A stretch of 64,000 bases of DNA from Macrostomum lignano. Taxonomy: Eukaryota. The notes under the pieces were generated by a model. It did not search any database. It had not been told where the DNA came from and was given only the letters and a program-made list of their open reading frames with translations. Position 1 is the first letter of the stretch, and every line of letters begins with the position of its first letter. The stretch is from contig NIVC01002414.1 in the NCBI GenBank assembly GCA_002269645.1, forward strand, positions 62,001 to 126,000, in the 5' to 3' direction. Made by a program: the position numbers and the translations under genes. Positions 36,055-49,834 of this stretch are shown piece by piece.

Positions 36055-39000
36055 CTATTCCCTGTGTTTCACAGTGTCACTGATTTACACTATCCCCCTG
36101 TGTTTCACAGTGTCACTGATTCACACTATCCCCCTGTGTTTCACAGTGTCACTGATTCACACTATCCCCCTGTGTTTCACGGTGTCACTGATTCACGCTA
36201 TCCCCCTGTGTTTCACAGTGTCACTGACTCACACTATCCCCCTGTGTTTCACAGTGTCACTGATTCACACTATCCCCCTGTGTTTCACAGTGTCACTGAT
36301 TCACACTATCCCCCTGTGTTTCACGGTGTCACTGATTCACGCTATCCCCCTGTGTTTCACAGTGTCACTGACTCACACTATCCCCCTGTGTTTCACAGTG
36401 TCACTGATTTAAACTATCCCCCTGTGTTTCACAGTGTCACTGATTCACACTATCCCCCTGTGTTTCACAGTGTCACTGATTCACGCTATTCCCTGTGTTT
36501 CACAGTGTCACTGATTCACACTATCCCCCTGTGTTTCACGGTGTCACTGATTCACGCTATTCCCTGTGTTTCACAGTGTCACTGATTCACACTATCCCCC
36601 TGTGTTTCACAGTGTCACTGATTCACGCTATTTCCTGTGTTTCACAGTGTCACTGATTCACACTATCCCCCTGTGTTTCACAGTGTCACTGACTCACACT
36701 ATCCCCCTGTGTTTCACAGTGTCACTGATTCACACTATCCCCCTGTGTTTCACAGTGTCACTGACTCACACTATCCCCCTGTGTTTCACAGTGTCACTGA
36801 TTCACACTATCCCCTGTGTTTCAAGTGTCACTGATTTAAACTATCCCCTGTGTTTCACAGTGTCACTGATTTACACTATCCCCTGTGTTTCACAGTGTCA
36901 CTGATTCACACTATCCCCCTGTGTTTCACAGTGTCACTGATTCACACTATCCCCTGTGTTTCACAGTGTCACTGATTCACACTATCCCCCTGTGTTTCAC
37001 AGTGTCACTGATTCACACTATCCCCCTGTGTTTCACAGTGTCACTGATTTAAACTATCCCCCTGTGTTTCACAGTGTCACTGATTCACACTATTCCCCTG
37101 TGTTTCACGGTGTCACTGATTCACGCTATTCCCTGTGTTTCACAGTGTCACTGATTCACACTATCCCCCTGTGTTTCACGGTGTCACTGATTTACACTAT
37201 CCCCCTGTGTTTCACAGTGTCACTGATTCACACTATCCCCCTGTGTTTCACAGTGTCACTGATTCACACTATCCCCCTGTGTTTCAAGTGTCACTGATTC
37301 ACACTATCCCCCTGTGTTTCACAGTGTCACTGATTCACACTATCCCCCTGTGTTTCACAGTGTCACTGATTCACACTATCCCCCTGTGTTTCACAGTGTC
37401 ACTGATTCACACTATTCCCCTGTGTTTCACAGTGTCACTGATTCACACTATCCCCCTGTGTTTCACAGTGTCACTGATTTAAACTATCCCCCTGTGTTTC
37501 ACAGTGTCACTGATTCACACTATCCCCCTGTGTTTCACGGTGTCACTGATTCACGCTATTCCCTGTGTTTCACAGTGTCACTGATTCACACTATCCCCCT
37601 GTGTTTCACAGTGTCACTGATTTACACTATCCCCCTGTGTTTCACAGTGTCACTGATTCACACTATCCCCCTGTGTTTCACAGTGTCACTGATTCACACT
37701 ATCCCCCTGTGTTTCACAGTGTCACTGATTCACACTATCCCCCTGTGTTTCACAGTGTCACTGATTCAACTATCCCCCTGTGTTTCACAGTGTCACTGAT
37801 CACACTATCCCCTGTGTTTCACAGTGTCACTGATCACACTATCCCCTGTGTTTCACAGTGTCACTGATTCACACTATCCCCTGTGTTTCACAGTGTCACT
37901 GATTCACACTATCCCCTGTGTTTCACAGTGTCACTGATTCACACTATCCCCTGTGTTTCACAGTGTCACTGATTCACACTATCCCCTGTGTTTCACAGTG
38001 TCACTGATTCACACTATCCCCCTGTGTTTCACAGTGTCACTGATTTAAACTATCCCCCTGTGTTTCACAGTGTCACTGACTCACACTATCCCCCTGTGTT
38101 TCACAGTGTCACTGATTCACACTATCCCCCTGTGTTTCACAGTGTCACTGATTCACACTATCCCCCTGTGTTTCACAGTGTCACTGATTCACGCTATTCC
38201 CTGTGTTTCACAGTGTCACTGATTCACACTATCCCCCTGTGTTTCACAGTGTCACTGATTCACACTATCCCCCTGTGTTTCACAGTGTCACTGATTCACG
38301 CTATTCCCTGTGTTTCACAGTGTCACTGATTCACACTATCTCCGTGTGTTTCACAGTGTCACTGATTCACACTATCCCTGTGTTTCACAGTGTCACTGAT
38401 TCACACTATCCCCCTGTGTTTCACAGTGTCACTGATTCACACTATCCCCCTGTGTTTCACAGTGTCACTGATTCACGCTATTCCCTGTGTTTCACAGTGT
38501 CACTGATTTAAACTATCCCCCTGTGTTTCACAGTGTCACTGACTCACACTATCCCCCTGTGTTTCACAGTGTCACTGATTCACACTATCCCCCTGTGTTT
38601 CACAGTGTCACTGATTCACACTATCCCCCTGTGTTTCACAGTGTCACTGATTCACACTATCCCCCTGTGTTTCACAGTGTCACTGATTCACACTATCCCC
38701 CTGTGTTTCACAGTGTCACTGATTCAACTATCCCCCTGTGTTTCACAGTGTCACTGATTCACACTATCCCCCTGTGTTTCACAGTGTCACTGATCACACT
38801 ATCCCCCTGTGTTTCACAGTGTCACTGATTCACACTATCCCCCTGTGTTTCACAGTGTCACTGATTCACACTATCCCCCTGTGTTTCACAGTGTCACTGA
38901 TTCACACTATCCCCCTGTGTTTCACAGTGTCACTGATTCACACTATCCCCCTGTGTTTCACAGTGTCACTGATTCACACTATCCCCCTGTGTTTCACAGT

Positions 39001-39060
39001 GTCACTGATTCACACTATCCCCCTGTGTTTCACAGTGTCACTGATTCACACTATCCCCCA
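36055..39060 (+). repeat. 36-bp minisatellite (TGTGTTTCACAGTGTCACTGATTCACACTATCCCCC)
   Basis: About 83 copies; source of the PPVFHSVTDSHY ORFs. Confidence 0.97.
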
Positions 39061-39829
39061 TTCACACATTTACACCATTTCCATAATAAAACGTTCACGT
39101 CATTCATACTCAGGCGCGTTCACTATTCACAATAATTTTCTTGTTCACGGTATTTCCACTCAAATAGATCACTATTTTATGGGTTCCCATTAGTTCTCCT
39201 CATTAACTAATTTTACCTGCACTAATGCTATAGTATTTATTTACAAAGGGGGCATAAATGGTTTACAATGATTAAAAGTGGCAAGCCATGAGGTCTTCAT
39301 CAATAATTCTATATTCGACTTGACCGTTTTATCCAGAACTTCTATAATAATTCATAACTACAATAAAGCTTCAAGATAAGAGCCTAAAAATACACAGACT
39401 GCCTTTAATCTGATCTGAGAGATGTACAAGGGGAGAAAGTGAATTAAGAGGGGAAAAGTTTGGAAGATAGGAAAATGAAGTAATGACCTCTCTTCAGAGG
39501 GTTAAAAACAACCTTTCCAAAAGGGCGAATGACTGCCATAGTTGTCTTTTATGCCTTATATGCCTTTGAACACACCTGTTGGTGCAGCGGCTGCTATGCA
39601 TTCTTTGTTTTTCTAATTACCTTTCGAATATGACCTGTTTAGTCTCTTACAGATGGTTGAAGGTTGTTATCATAGTTAGTTTGCATATTTTATAAGCTTT
39701 TATGACTTGCTTGGCTGGCCTCTCTCGAAAAAAAATTATGGCTGAAGAGAAAGCATTCGTTTATGGAATTAACACTCAATTAGGGAGGATTCACTGAAAC
39801 TCTATGAGATTAAGATAATGAGATTGACT

Positions 39830-40690
39830 AAAGAGACTGTGAGATTGATTGGATAGATAGTGAGATTGATCGCATATGGGTGTGAGATGATTGGGATACA
39901 GTGAGGTTAATCAGAGAGACTGTGAGATTGATAGGAGAGACTGTGAGATTGATTGGATTAACTGTGAGATTGATTGGGAGAGTGTGACATTGGTTGAGAG
40001 ACTGTGAGATTGATCGTAGAGACTGTGGGATTGATCGTAGAGACTCTGAGATTGATTGGAGAGACTGTGAGATTGATTGGATAGACTGTGAGCTTAATCG
40101 GAGAGACTGTGAGATTGATCGGATAGACTGTGAGATTGATTGGATTAACTGTGAGATTGATTGGGAGACTATGAGATTGATTGAGAGACTGTGAGATTGA
40201 TCGGATAGACTGTGAGATTGATCGGATAGACTGTGAGATTGATTGGATAGACTGTGAGATTGAGCAGAGAGACTGTGAGATTGAGCAGAGAGACTGTGAG
40301 ATTGAGCAGAGAGACTGTGAGATTGATCGGAGAGACTGTGAGATTGATTGGATAGACTGTGAGATTGATTGGATAGACTGTGAGATTGATTGGATAGACT
40401 GTGAGATTGATTGGATTAACTGTGAGATTGATTGGGAGACTATGAGATTGATTGAGAGACTGTGAGATTGATTGGAGAGACTGTGAGATTGATTGGAGAG
40501 ACTGTGAGATTGATCGGAGAGACTGTGAGATTGATTGGAAAGACTGTGAGATTGATTGGATTAACTGTGAGATTGATTGGGAGACTTTGAGATTGATTGG
40601 AGAGACTGTGAGATTGATTGGAGAGACTGTGAGATTGATTGGAGAGACTGTGAGATTGATCGGAGAGTCTGTGAGATTGATTGGATAGAC
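39830..40690 (+). repeat. 21-bp minisatellite (GACTGTGAGATTGATTGGATA)
   Basis: About 40 copies. Confidence 0.93.
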
Positions 40691-41114
40691 GGTGAGATGG
40701 TGAAACAGGTGCTCATTGTAAGATAGTGAAGAGCAAATCGCAAATTACGCTCGTAAAAGTAAATCGCAATCTATTCACAGTTAATTGCGCCATTTTTGTA
40801 GCGTCTTAGTAGCAAAAAATTGAATGGAAATTTCGCAACAAGTTTTTTTCGATCAATTAATAGAATGTAGCAGTCAATTTTAATTTCAAGAAAAGCCGAC
40901 AATTTCAATTGACTGTATCTCGAATATTTTCTAACCGATTTCTTCAGTGAAAGAAATTTGATTTCCCTAATTGCGCTGCATCACCTGTTAAGACAGATTA
41001 AAGGAATTTGAAAATTGTGAAGAAATTTATTAGTTGCAAAGCCCTAATTAAGTTTATTATGGTCTTTACTTGAGGTTTGGATGCTGAGATCTGTGCTTTG
41101 ATGCAAGATAAGGA

Positions 41115-41850
41115 AAAGAGACAACCAGGGACAAGAGATAAGAGACAACCAGAGACAACCAGAGACAACCAGAGACAACCAGAGACAACCAGAGACAACC
41201 AGAGACAACCAGAGACAACCAGAGACAACAAGAGGCAACCAGAGACAACCAGAGACAACCAGAGACAACCAGAGACAACAAGAGGCAACCAGAGACAATC
41301 AGTCACAACTTGAGACAATCAGTCACAACTTGAGACAACCAGAGGCAACCAGAGACAACCAGAGACTACAAGAGGCAACCAGAGACAACAAGAGGCAACC
41401 AGAGACAATCAGTCACAACTTGAGACAATCAGTCACAACTTGAGACAACCAGAGACAACCAGAGACAACCAGAGACTACAAGAGGCAACCAGAGACAACC
41501 AGAGACTACAAGAGGCAACCAGAGACAACCAGTGACAACTTGAGACAATCAGAGTTAAGAGACAACCAGAGACAACCAGAGACAACCAGAGACAACCAGA
41601 GACAACCAGAGACAACCAGAGACAACCAGAGACAACCAGAGACAACCAGAGACAACCAGAGACAACCAGAGACAACCAGAGGCAACCAGAGACAACCAGA
41701 GACAACCAGAGACAACCAGAGACAACCAGAAGCAACAAGAACAAGAGACAACCAGAGACAACCAGAGACAACCAGAGACAACCAGAGACAACCAGAGACA
41801 ACCAGAGACAACCAGAAGCAACAAGAACAAGAGACAACCAGAGACAAGAG
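41115..41850 (+). repeat. 10-bp repeat (AGAGACAACC)n
   Basis: Tandem copies with variants. Confidence 0.93.
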
Positions 41851-42070
41851 GCCACCAAAAATGGACTGCACAATCGAGCAGAACGCGGACTTATCAGGTG
41901 AACTACCAGAAGAAGGCTGCATCATACACAGAGGCATCGCTAAATACGGCCATAAGAGAGAAGTTCGAACTTACTGACCAAACAAAAAGAATGAAAAATG
42001 AACCAGAATTGATAAAAGTAGACATAATGGTTGGAGCAGCCACGCCGCTACGAACTCGAGAGAAAAGTTG
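41850..42070 (+). mobile_element. Possible degenerate fragment of a non-LTR retrotransposon ORF2 (endonuclease-RT linker, RTE-like)
   Basis: QKWTAQSSRTRTYQVNYQK...NTAIREKFEL...ELIKVDIMVGAATPLRTREK resembles, from recall, the linker of RTE-clade ORF2. No EN or RT core is present. Confidence 0.3.
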
Positions 42071-42484
42071 CCGTCATTTTACATTGCCTGTTTGGCGCCA
42101 GACACCTGGAGTGCGCCCACTTCCCGACTTCGAGTGCCGCCCCCCCCCCCCGGTCGTTGCGCTGTCGAATTTTCGCTAAAAAAAGGCTTGGAAGATTCGA
42201 AGTAACGGGACTTGGGAGGGGAAGAGAAAGAGACGCAACGAGGCGGGCGAAACAGTTTGGCCCCATCATTTATCGCGCATGCAGGTTCAAGGTCGAATTA
42301 TCTCTCTTGGGAAGCTGCGGCGGCAAACAATTTTTGGCGCATTTTTCTGCATTTTTGCCTTTGTTTTTCTTCTGCTTTCGATATTTGGGGTGTTCAAGCG
42401 AAAACCACTGGATCTTTCAGGCAGAAATTAATTGAATCTATTCTATAGATCCTCCCTCTATGGATATTCTATAGATATGGATCT

Positions 42485-43313
<829 letters not shown>

Positions 43314-44544
43314 TGCATGCTGCAGCTCCTCATACTGCCAAGGAATCAAATGCTTGATGCCATGCTTAAAAACCGTCAAGAACAGCTTTTCGACGGCAGG
43401 CAGCTTTCCAAACCAGGCATCTTGGTGCGGTGTGGGGGTGGCCTTCCATCTCCCGACCAGGGGGGGGGGGGGGCTTGTCTTATTCCCCTCTCCATCAAGA
43501 TACCAAACTGCGGTGGGCTGCATCCACGCAGACGAGGGATATCAGCATGTGTGCCTGCGTACGGATATGTTTGTGTGCGCATCACCCAGCGTTCCATTTC
43601 TCTCCTCTCCTCCCTCCCTGTTTTGCATTCTCGCAGCGCGTTGGACCGATCCAGTTTTATCCCAAAAATCGCCAATGCCCGTGCTTGAATAAATTGCAAT
43701 TCTATCTCGGGGGCGGCGGCTTAGGCAGCCTCTGTCCCTCTCCAGCTTCCCCTCCCCATCATCAGCATCATCTGAGAAGTTGCCGCTCGACTTTGACTTG
43801 CCTAGCCTATATAGCCTGGCGTTGGTTATTTTTTTATTGTAAATTCGACAAGCCAAAGGCGGAGATGATCGCGGGACAGGAGGGGAGGCCCTGGGATAAG
43901 AGGAGCCTGAGATGCTCGATGGATAGAACGAGAGCGGGCTGGGATTAGGGATCTAGATGCGTGTGATGGGGTGTCCGAGAGGAGCCTGCATCAGACTCCC
44001 ATCTCCCTCTCACTCTCGCTCGCATCGCTCTCAGCAGCTCCTTGGGGCCATTACGGGATGAGGGCAGTTGAGTTCTGCACCGACTACGCTGTGGCGGCAG
44101 CACAGCGGTGGCCACTTTTATCCCAGCGGCCGACCCACGAGGCCCCCGGGGCCACTTTGCTGCTTCCAGCGTCCTCCTGCCCCATCTCCACTCCCCTTAA
44201 TTCTAGCTCAGCCTCCGTGGCTCTCTCCCTCCCTCTATCAGCTCTTCTCTTCTCTAGGGTGCTCATTTATTTAACGTCAAAATTGCCTTTACTCTCCCAC
44301 CATCCCATCTCTCAGGGCTCATCTCATAGCGCTCAGTTCTTTTGAGGCTACTCCTCCTCCTCCATCTCTCTCCATCGCTGCGGACTTCTCACTTTTTGGA
44401 CTCAACTCTTTTTCTAACGTGGGTGGTTTCAGTGCCTATCAGTTCGACTCGGCTGACTTTGTTATAGTTTGTCCTATGCATGCAGTTTGCGGGGAGACCG
44501 CCGACTAGAGCTGGGTCTGGATTGATGCACTCGGCGGCGATCGG

Positions 44545-44905
44545 CTGGGCGCGCCAAACATGGAATTCGGGGGCGCCAAACTGGGAATCGGAGGGCGCCA
44601 AACTGGGAATTCGAGGGGCGCCAAACTGGGAATTCGGGGGGCGACAAACTGGGAACTGAGGGGCGCTTAACTTTGAATTAAGGGAGCGCCAAACTGGGAA
44701 TCGGGTGAGGGCGCCAAACTGGGAACTGAGGGGGCGCCAAACTGGGAATTGTGGGGGCGCCAAACTGAGAATTGAGGGGGCGCCAAACTTCGAATTGAGG
44801 GGGCGCCAAACTGGGAATTGGGTGGGGGCGCCAAACTGAGAATTGAGGGGGCGCCAAACTGGGTATTGGGTGGGGGCGCCAAACTGGGAATCGGGTGGGG
44901 GCGCT
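44545..44905 (+). repeat. About 23-bp repeat containing GGCGCCAAACTGGGAAT
   Basis: About 15 degenerate units. Confidence 0.88.
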
Positions 44906-44941
44906 TATTTAAGCAACTCAACTCAAGCTTAGTATATAAGT

Positions 44942-45197
44942 AACTCTGAGTAACTCAGGCGCCAACTCTGAGTAACTCAGGCGCCAACTCTGAGTAACTC
45001 AGGCGCCAACTCTGAGTAACTCAGGCGCCAACTCTGAGTAACTCAGGCGCCAACTCTGAGTAACTCAGGCGCCAACTCTGAGTAACTCAGGCGCCAACTC
45101 TGAGTAACTCAGGCGCCAATTCTGAGTAATTCAAGCGCCAATTCTGAGTAACTCAGGCGCCAATTCTGAGTAACTCAGGCGCCAATTCTGAGTAACT
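44942..45197 (+). repeat. 22-bp repeat (AACTCTGAGTAACTCAGGCGCC)
   Basis: About 11 copies, each with the internal inverted repeat CTGAGT-A-ACTCAG. Confidence 0.92.
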
Positions 45198-46267
45198 GAG
45201 TCTTCAGCAGCTCAAACTGCATTGAAATTCTCCCAAAACTACTCCTAATCCAGCAGCAAAAAAGTACTTCCACTTGGGCGCTTGAAGCGTCACTTTTCTA
45301 TTGGATTGCCACTTGAAAATTTTTAATTAACGTGCTTAACACTTATGGCGATCCCACTCAATATTATAATAGCGCTGATCTTTTCTTAACATGGATCCTT
45401 GACAAAAGAATTGGGCTCATTATGAGTTCACGCGCGCACAGTGTTGTCAATGGAGGGAGGCTAGGGAGAGAGAGAGAGAGAGGGGGCTGGATGGATGGGG
45501 CTTGTTCGCACCCCACCCCCGGTGCGCCTCCAAGCGGACTAAAAAGAAGATTCAAAATAAGGGGGGCGCAACTCTATACCAAGGAGACCCCAGACTAAGA
45601 AACTAGATTTACAACTACATGTTATTACTCAATCTGTAGGCTGATGCAGGCTCACCGCAGAGCATCCCACCCATTCCACTGACTTCCGAGCACATGCATG
45701 TACAAGCGCAACAATACTGTACATGTACTGCGGCTCTGACTTTCTAATCATTTCTCTGTGACTTGGAGGCTGGCTAAGTAACTCACGGGTGTGAATCACA
45801 CACGTCAAACAATCAGAAATAATACAATCAGCCTACAATGGCGTCTGTTAGTTAGGCGGTTTCGCTGTTAGAGTCCAGCATCTGGGTGTCCGGGTTGTTA
45901 TTAAATGCTTACGATTTATTTTAAGCGGTACTCAAAAGCATTCATTTAAGACGCCGATAGTTTATGGCTCAGGCAGTTAATGTACCCGCGAAGGCTTTAA
46001 AAAAACCATTTTAAAAGCAACGACCATCTTTGTGGCGGAGCGGTCGGGTTATAATTATGAAGTGATGTGAATTGTAGGTGTTCTCACAGCTAACTATTAA
46101 AGTCTGTTTCTTAACTGCCCGCATTGTTATTTTTGTCTTAATGGTTGAAATATTGAGACATTCCTTTAGGTTACAGTTTATTCATTTTTTATTGCCGCGT
46201 ATTGCGATTCAAAAAAGTTTTTTTTAGTTTAAGCCATTTCCAAGTTATTGAATTATGAAAAACTTAA

Positions 46268-46990
46268 GTTGTTGCTAAGTGGATTAAGAGTTGTTGCTAA
46301 GTGGATTGAGAGTTGTTGCTAAGTGGATTGGGAGTTGTTGTTGCTAAGTGGATTGAGAGTTGTTGCTAAGTGGATTGAGAGTTGTTGCTAAGTAGATTGA
46401 GAGTTGTTGCTAAGTGGATTGAGAGTTGTTGCTAAGTGGATTGGGAGTTGTTGTTGCTAAGTGGATTGAGAGTTGTTGCTAAGTGGATTGAGAGTTGTTG
46501 CTAAGTAGATTGAGAGTTGTTGCTAAGTGGATTGAGAGTTGTTGCTAAGTGGATTGGGAGTTGTTGCTAAGTAGATTGAGAGTTTTTGCTTAGTGGATTG
46601 GGAGTTGTTGTTGCTAAGTGGATTGGGAGTTGTTGCTAAGTGGATTGAGAGTTGTTGCTAAGTAGATTGAGAGTTGTTGCTTTTGAGTTGTTGTTGCTTA
46701 GTGGATTGGGAGTTGTTGTTGCTAAGTGGATTGGGAGTTGTTGCTAAGTGGATTGGGAGTTGTTGCTAAGTGGATTGGGAGTTGTTGTTGCTAAGTGGAT
46801 TGGGAGTTGTTGTTGCTTAGTGGATTGGGAGTTGTTGTTGATAAGTGGATTGAGAGTTGTTGTTGATAAGTGGATTGGGAGTTGTTGTTGCTTAGTGGAT
46901 TGGGAGTTGTTGTTGCTAAGTGGATTGGGAGTTGTTGTTGCTTAGTGGATTGGGAGTTGTTGTTGCTAAGTGGATTGGGAGTTGTTGCTA
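46268..46990 (+). repeat. 20/23-bp minisatellite (GTTGCTAAGTGGATTGGGAGTT)
   Basis: Tandem copies. Confidence 0.92.
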
Positions 46991-47454
46991 AAGAATTTTT
47001 AAAGATAATCTTACCCAAAAGTGAATGAAATTGCTCTAAAAGTTCTCTGCCTTTGTGTATCATTAACAGGTAAGCAAGTTCCCGTTTGTGCCGTAGTAAA
47101 TCAATAAAGAAATTCGAGTAATTCTAGTGTCGAAATAGCAGCATAAATTTGTCCAATCGATTTACACTAAACAATGTTTCTCTAAGTCGTTTGTGAAAGT
47201 CTAACTAACTGACTTTAAAGGTTATTGAACACTTACCAAGTCAGATAATGTTTAATAAGTAAGTTAAGTCGGGACAGATACTCTGGATTAAGTTGACAAC
47301 AGCAGGTAGCACTTTGCCGGATCGACCGCTCGACCATTTAATTGTTAATTTTTTCGAGCCTGTGGTCTGCTCGGCTGAAATATCAACGTGGGTTGATTTT
47401 ATTTGTATGATGCATTGCTGCTTAGGCTGTTATGATTGATAGTTTTTTGGGGTC

Positions 47455-48050
47455 AGTGTGTGCGGCTTTTTTACCGCCTAATGTACATGGGTGTGAGAGA
47501 GGCGTGCGTGGCTTTTATACCGACTAATGTACATGGGTGTGAGAGAGGCGTGCGTGGCTTTTATTACCGCCTATGTACATGGGTGTGAGAGAGGCGTGCG
47601 TGGCTTTTATTACCGCCTATGTACATGGGTGGGAGAGAGGCGTGCGTGGCTTTTATTACCGCCTATGTACATGGGTGGGAGAGAGGCGTGCGTGGCTTTT
47701 ATTACCGCCTATGTACATGGGTGTGAGAGAGGCGTGCGTGGCTTTTATTACCGACTAATGTACATGGGTGTGAGAGAGGCGTGCATGGCTTTTATTACCG
47801 CCTAATATACATGGGTGTGAAGGATGCGTGCGTGGCTTTTATTACCGACTAATGTACATGGGTGTGAGAGAGGCGTGCGTGGCTTTTATTACCGACTAAT
47901 GTACATGGGTGGGAGAGAGGCGTGCGTGGCTTTTATTACCGACTAATGTACATGGGTGTGAGAGAGGCGTGCGTGGCTTTTATTACCGACTAATGTACAT
48001 GGGTGTGAGAGAGGCGTGCGTGGCTTTTATTACTGCCTAATGTACATGGG
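47455..48050 (+). repeat. 46/47-bp minisatellite (ATGTACATGGGTGTGAGAGAGGCGTGCGTGGCTTTTATTACCGCCT)
   Basis: About 13 copies. Confidence 0.92.
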
Positions 48051-48774
48051 TCAGAGAAGGTTATCAATGCCCCGCGGAGTGTGCTGAATGCCATGCTACT
48101 CGCACAGAGTGCAAACAAGCCATCTAGATCGGGCATGAATTTTTACTTTATCTTATTTCTCAGGAAAACAAGCAAGCAGCAAGCCAGTCAGGTCAGTTCT
48201 CAGCCACAAATTCTTTTCCTCACTCATCTGGCTGCGTCTCTATTCCCTCCTCTCTCTCTCATCTCTCTCATCTCTCCCAGTCGCCCGACCCCTCCCATTT
48301 TGCTTCATCCGGCCTGGCGACTCATCAAGTTCGGACGACTCAACCAACGTGTTTTGATGGAATTAGGCGGCCTAGGTCTCCGGGCCTCGTTAGAAGGGAA
48401 GAAAAGGAAGAAGCAGACGCGAGAGCCAAGCCGAAACTTCGCTGGCTCCCTGCCGAACTGTCCACCCCTCCGAGCCTTGCGCGCCCAAATGCGACTTTGG
48501 CGGCGGCAGCTACGCGCCTCTGTCTTCTTCTTTTTCTCTCCTCTACGGCCTGAAAACTCTTCTGCTCCTCTCTGTGAGGCCTGTGCCGACAGGCCCCATT
48601 ACACCATTCATCCTTGTACGAGGGAAAATGACACACATTCCTCAATGCCATGGCTTTGTGGGGGCCTGTAAAGGGGCCTGCTGTCCACTTTTCTGGTTGG
48701 GACCATGGGATCCTAGGCTGATTCACTCACTCACTCACTTGTTCACTCACTCACTCAGTCATCTGTTCACTCAC

Positions 48775-49270
48775 CAACTTTCTCTCTTGTTGAATCACTC
48801 AGTCATCTGTTCACTCACCAACTTTCTCTCTTGTTGAATCACTCAATCATCTGTTCACTCACCAACTTTCTCTCTTGTTGAATCACTCAATCATCTGTTC
48901 ACTCACCAACTTTCTTACTTGTTGAATCACTCAGTCATCTGTTCACTCACCAACTTTCTCTCTTGTTGAATCACTCAGTCATCTGTTCACTCACCAACTT
49001 TCTCTCTTGTTGAATCACTCAATCATCTGTTCACTCACCAACTTTCTCTCTTGTTGAATCACTCAATCATCTGTTCACTCACCAACTTTCTCTCTTGTTG
49101 AATCACTCAATCATCTGTTCACTCACCAACTTTCTCTCTTGTTGAATCACTCAATCATCTGTTCACTCACCAACTTTCTCTCTTGTTGAATCACTCAGTC
49201 ATCTGTTCACTCACCAACTTTCTCTCTTGTTGAATCACTCAATCATCTGTTCACTCACCAACTTTCTCTC
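48775..49270 (+). repeat. 44-bp minisatellite (CTTTCTCTCTTGTTGAATCACTCAATCATCTGTTCACTCACCAA)
   Basis: About 11 copies. Confidence 0.92.
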
Positions 49271-49834
49271 TCACTCACTTGCTCATTCACACACTCACTC
49301 ACTCACTCACAAAAAGCGGATGCAAACGTTTTCTCCAGAAAAATCCAAATGCTGTTCAACAATAGCAAAAAAGGCAGAAATTGCGCGCAAAAGTTTCGGC
49401 ATAAACAAAGCGGCTTATTGGCTTTCAAGTCTGTTTTAGAGGGCAAAATTTCTTATTTTTCCAACAGAAGCCAAACTATCCAGCGAATGGCGTTCATATT
49501 GTCAGAGAGGTTGATACGAAGTTTCGCAATACTGCAGCTACAGTAATCACCCGTCTATACAATTTTTTGTTTGAGTAAACAATTATAAAATTATAGAAAT
49601 TCTGTTGCAATGAATTTATCTGATCATTTTTTCAGATTCTGAATTTTTTATTTTCCGTCTTCCAGCTATTTTTGTAGACTAAACTGTCTATCGTAATTTT
49701 TTTCTGTAGCTTTGGTAATATCTTTGAGAGATAATTTCAAAAGTGTGTTGACTATTGAAAAGTACTTTGTAATGGAAGGTTGCTGAAGCAATGGCAGTTG
49801 AAGGGATGAAGTGTTGATTGGGGAATCGAAAAAT

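Noticed and set aside
48081-48726. 196-aa plus ORF, and a minus ORF with EERKRRRQRR reminiscent of RTE ORF2 C-termini
   Set aside because: Similarity rests on a low-complexity basic patch; insufficient support.
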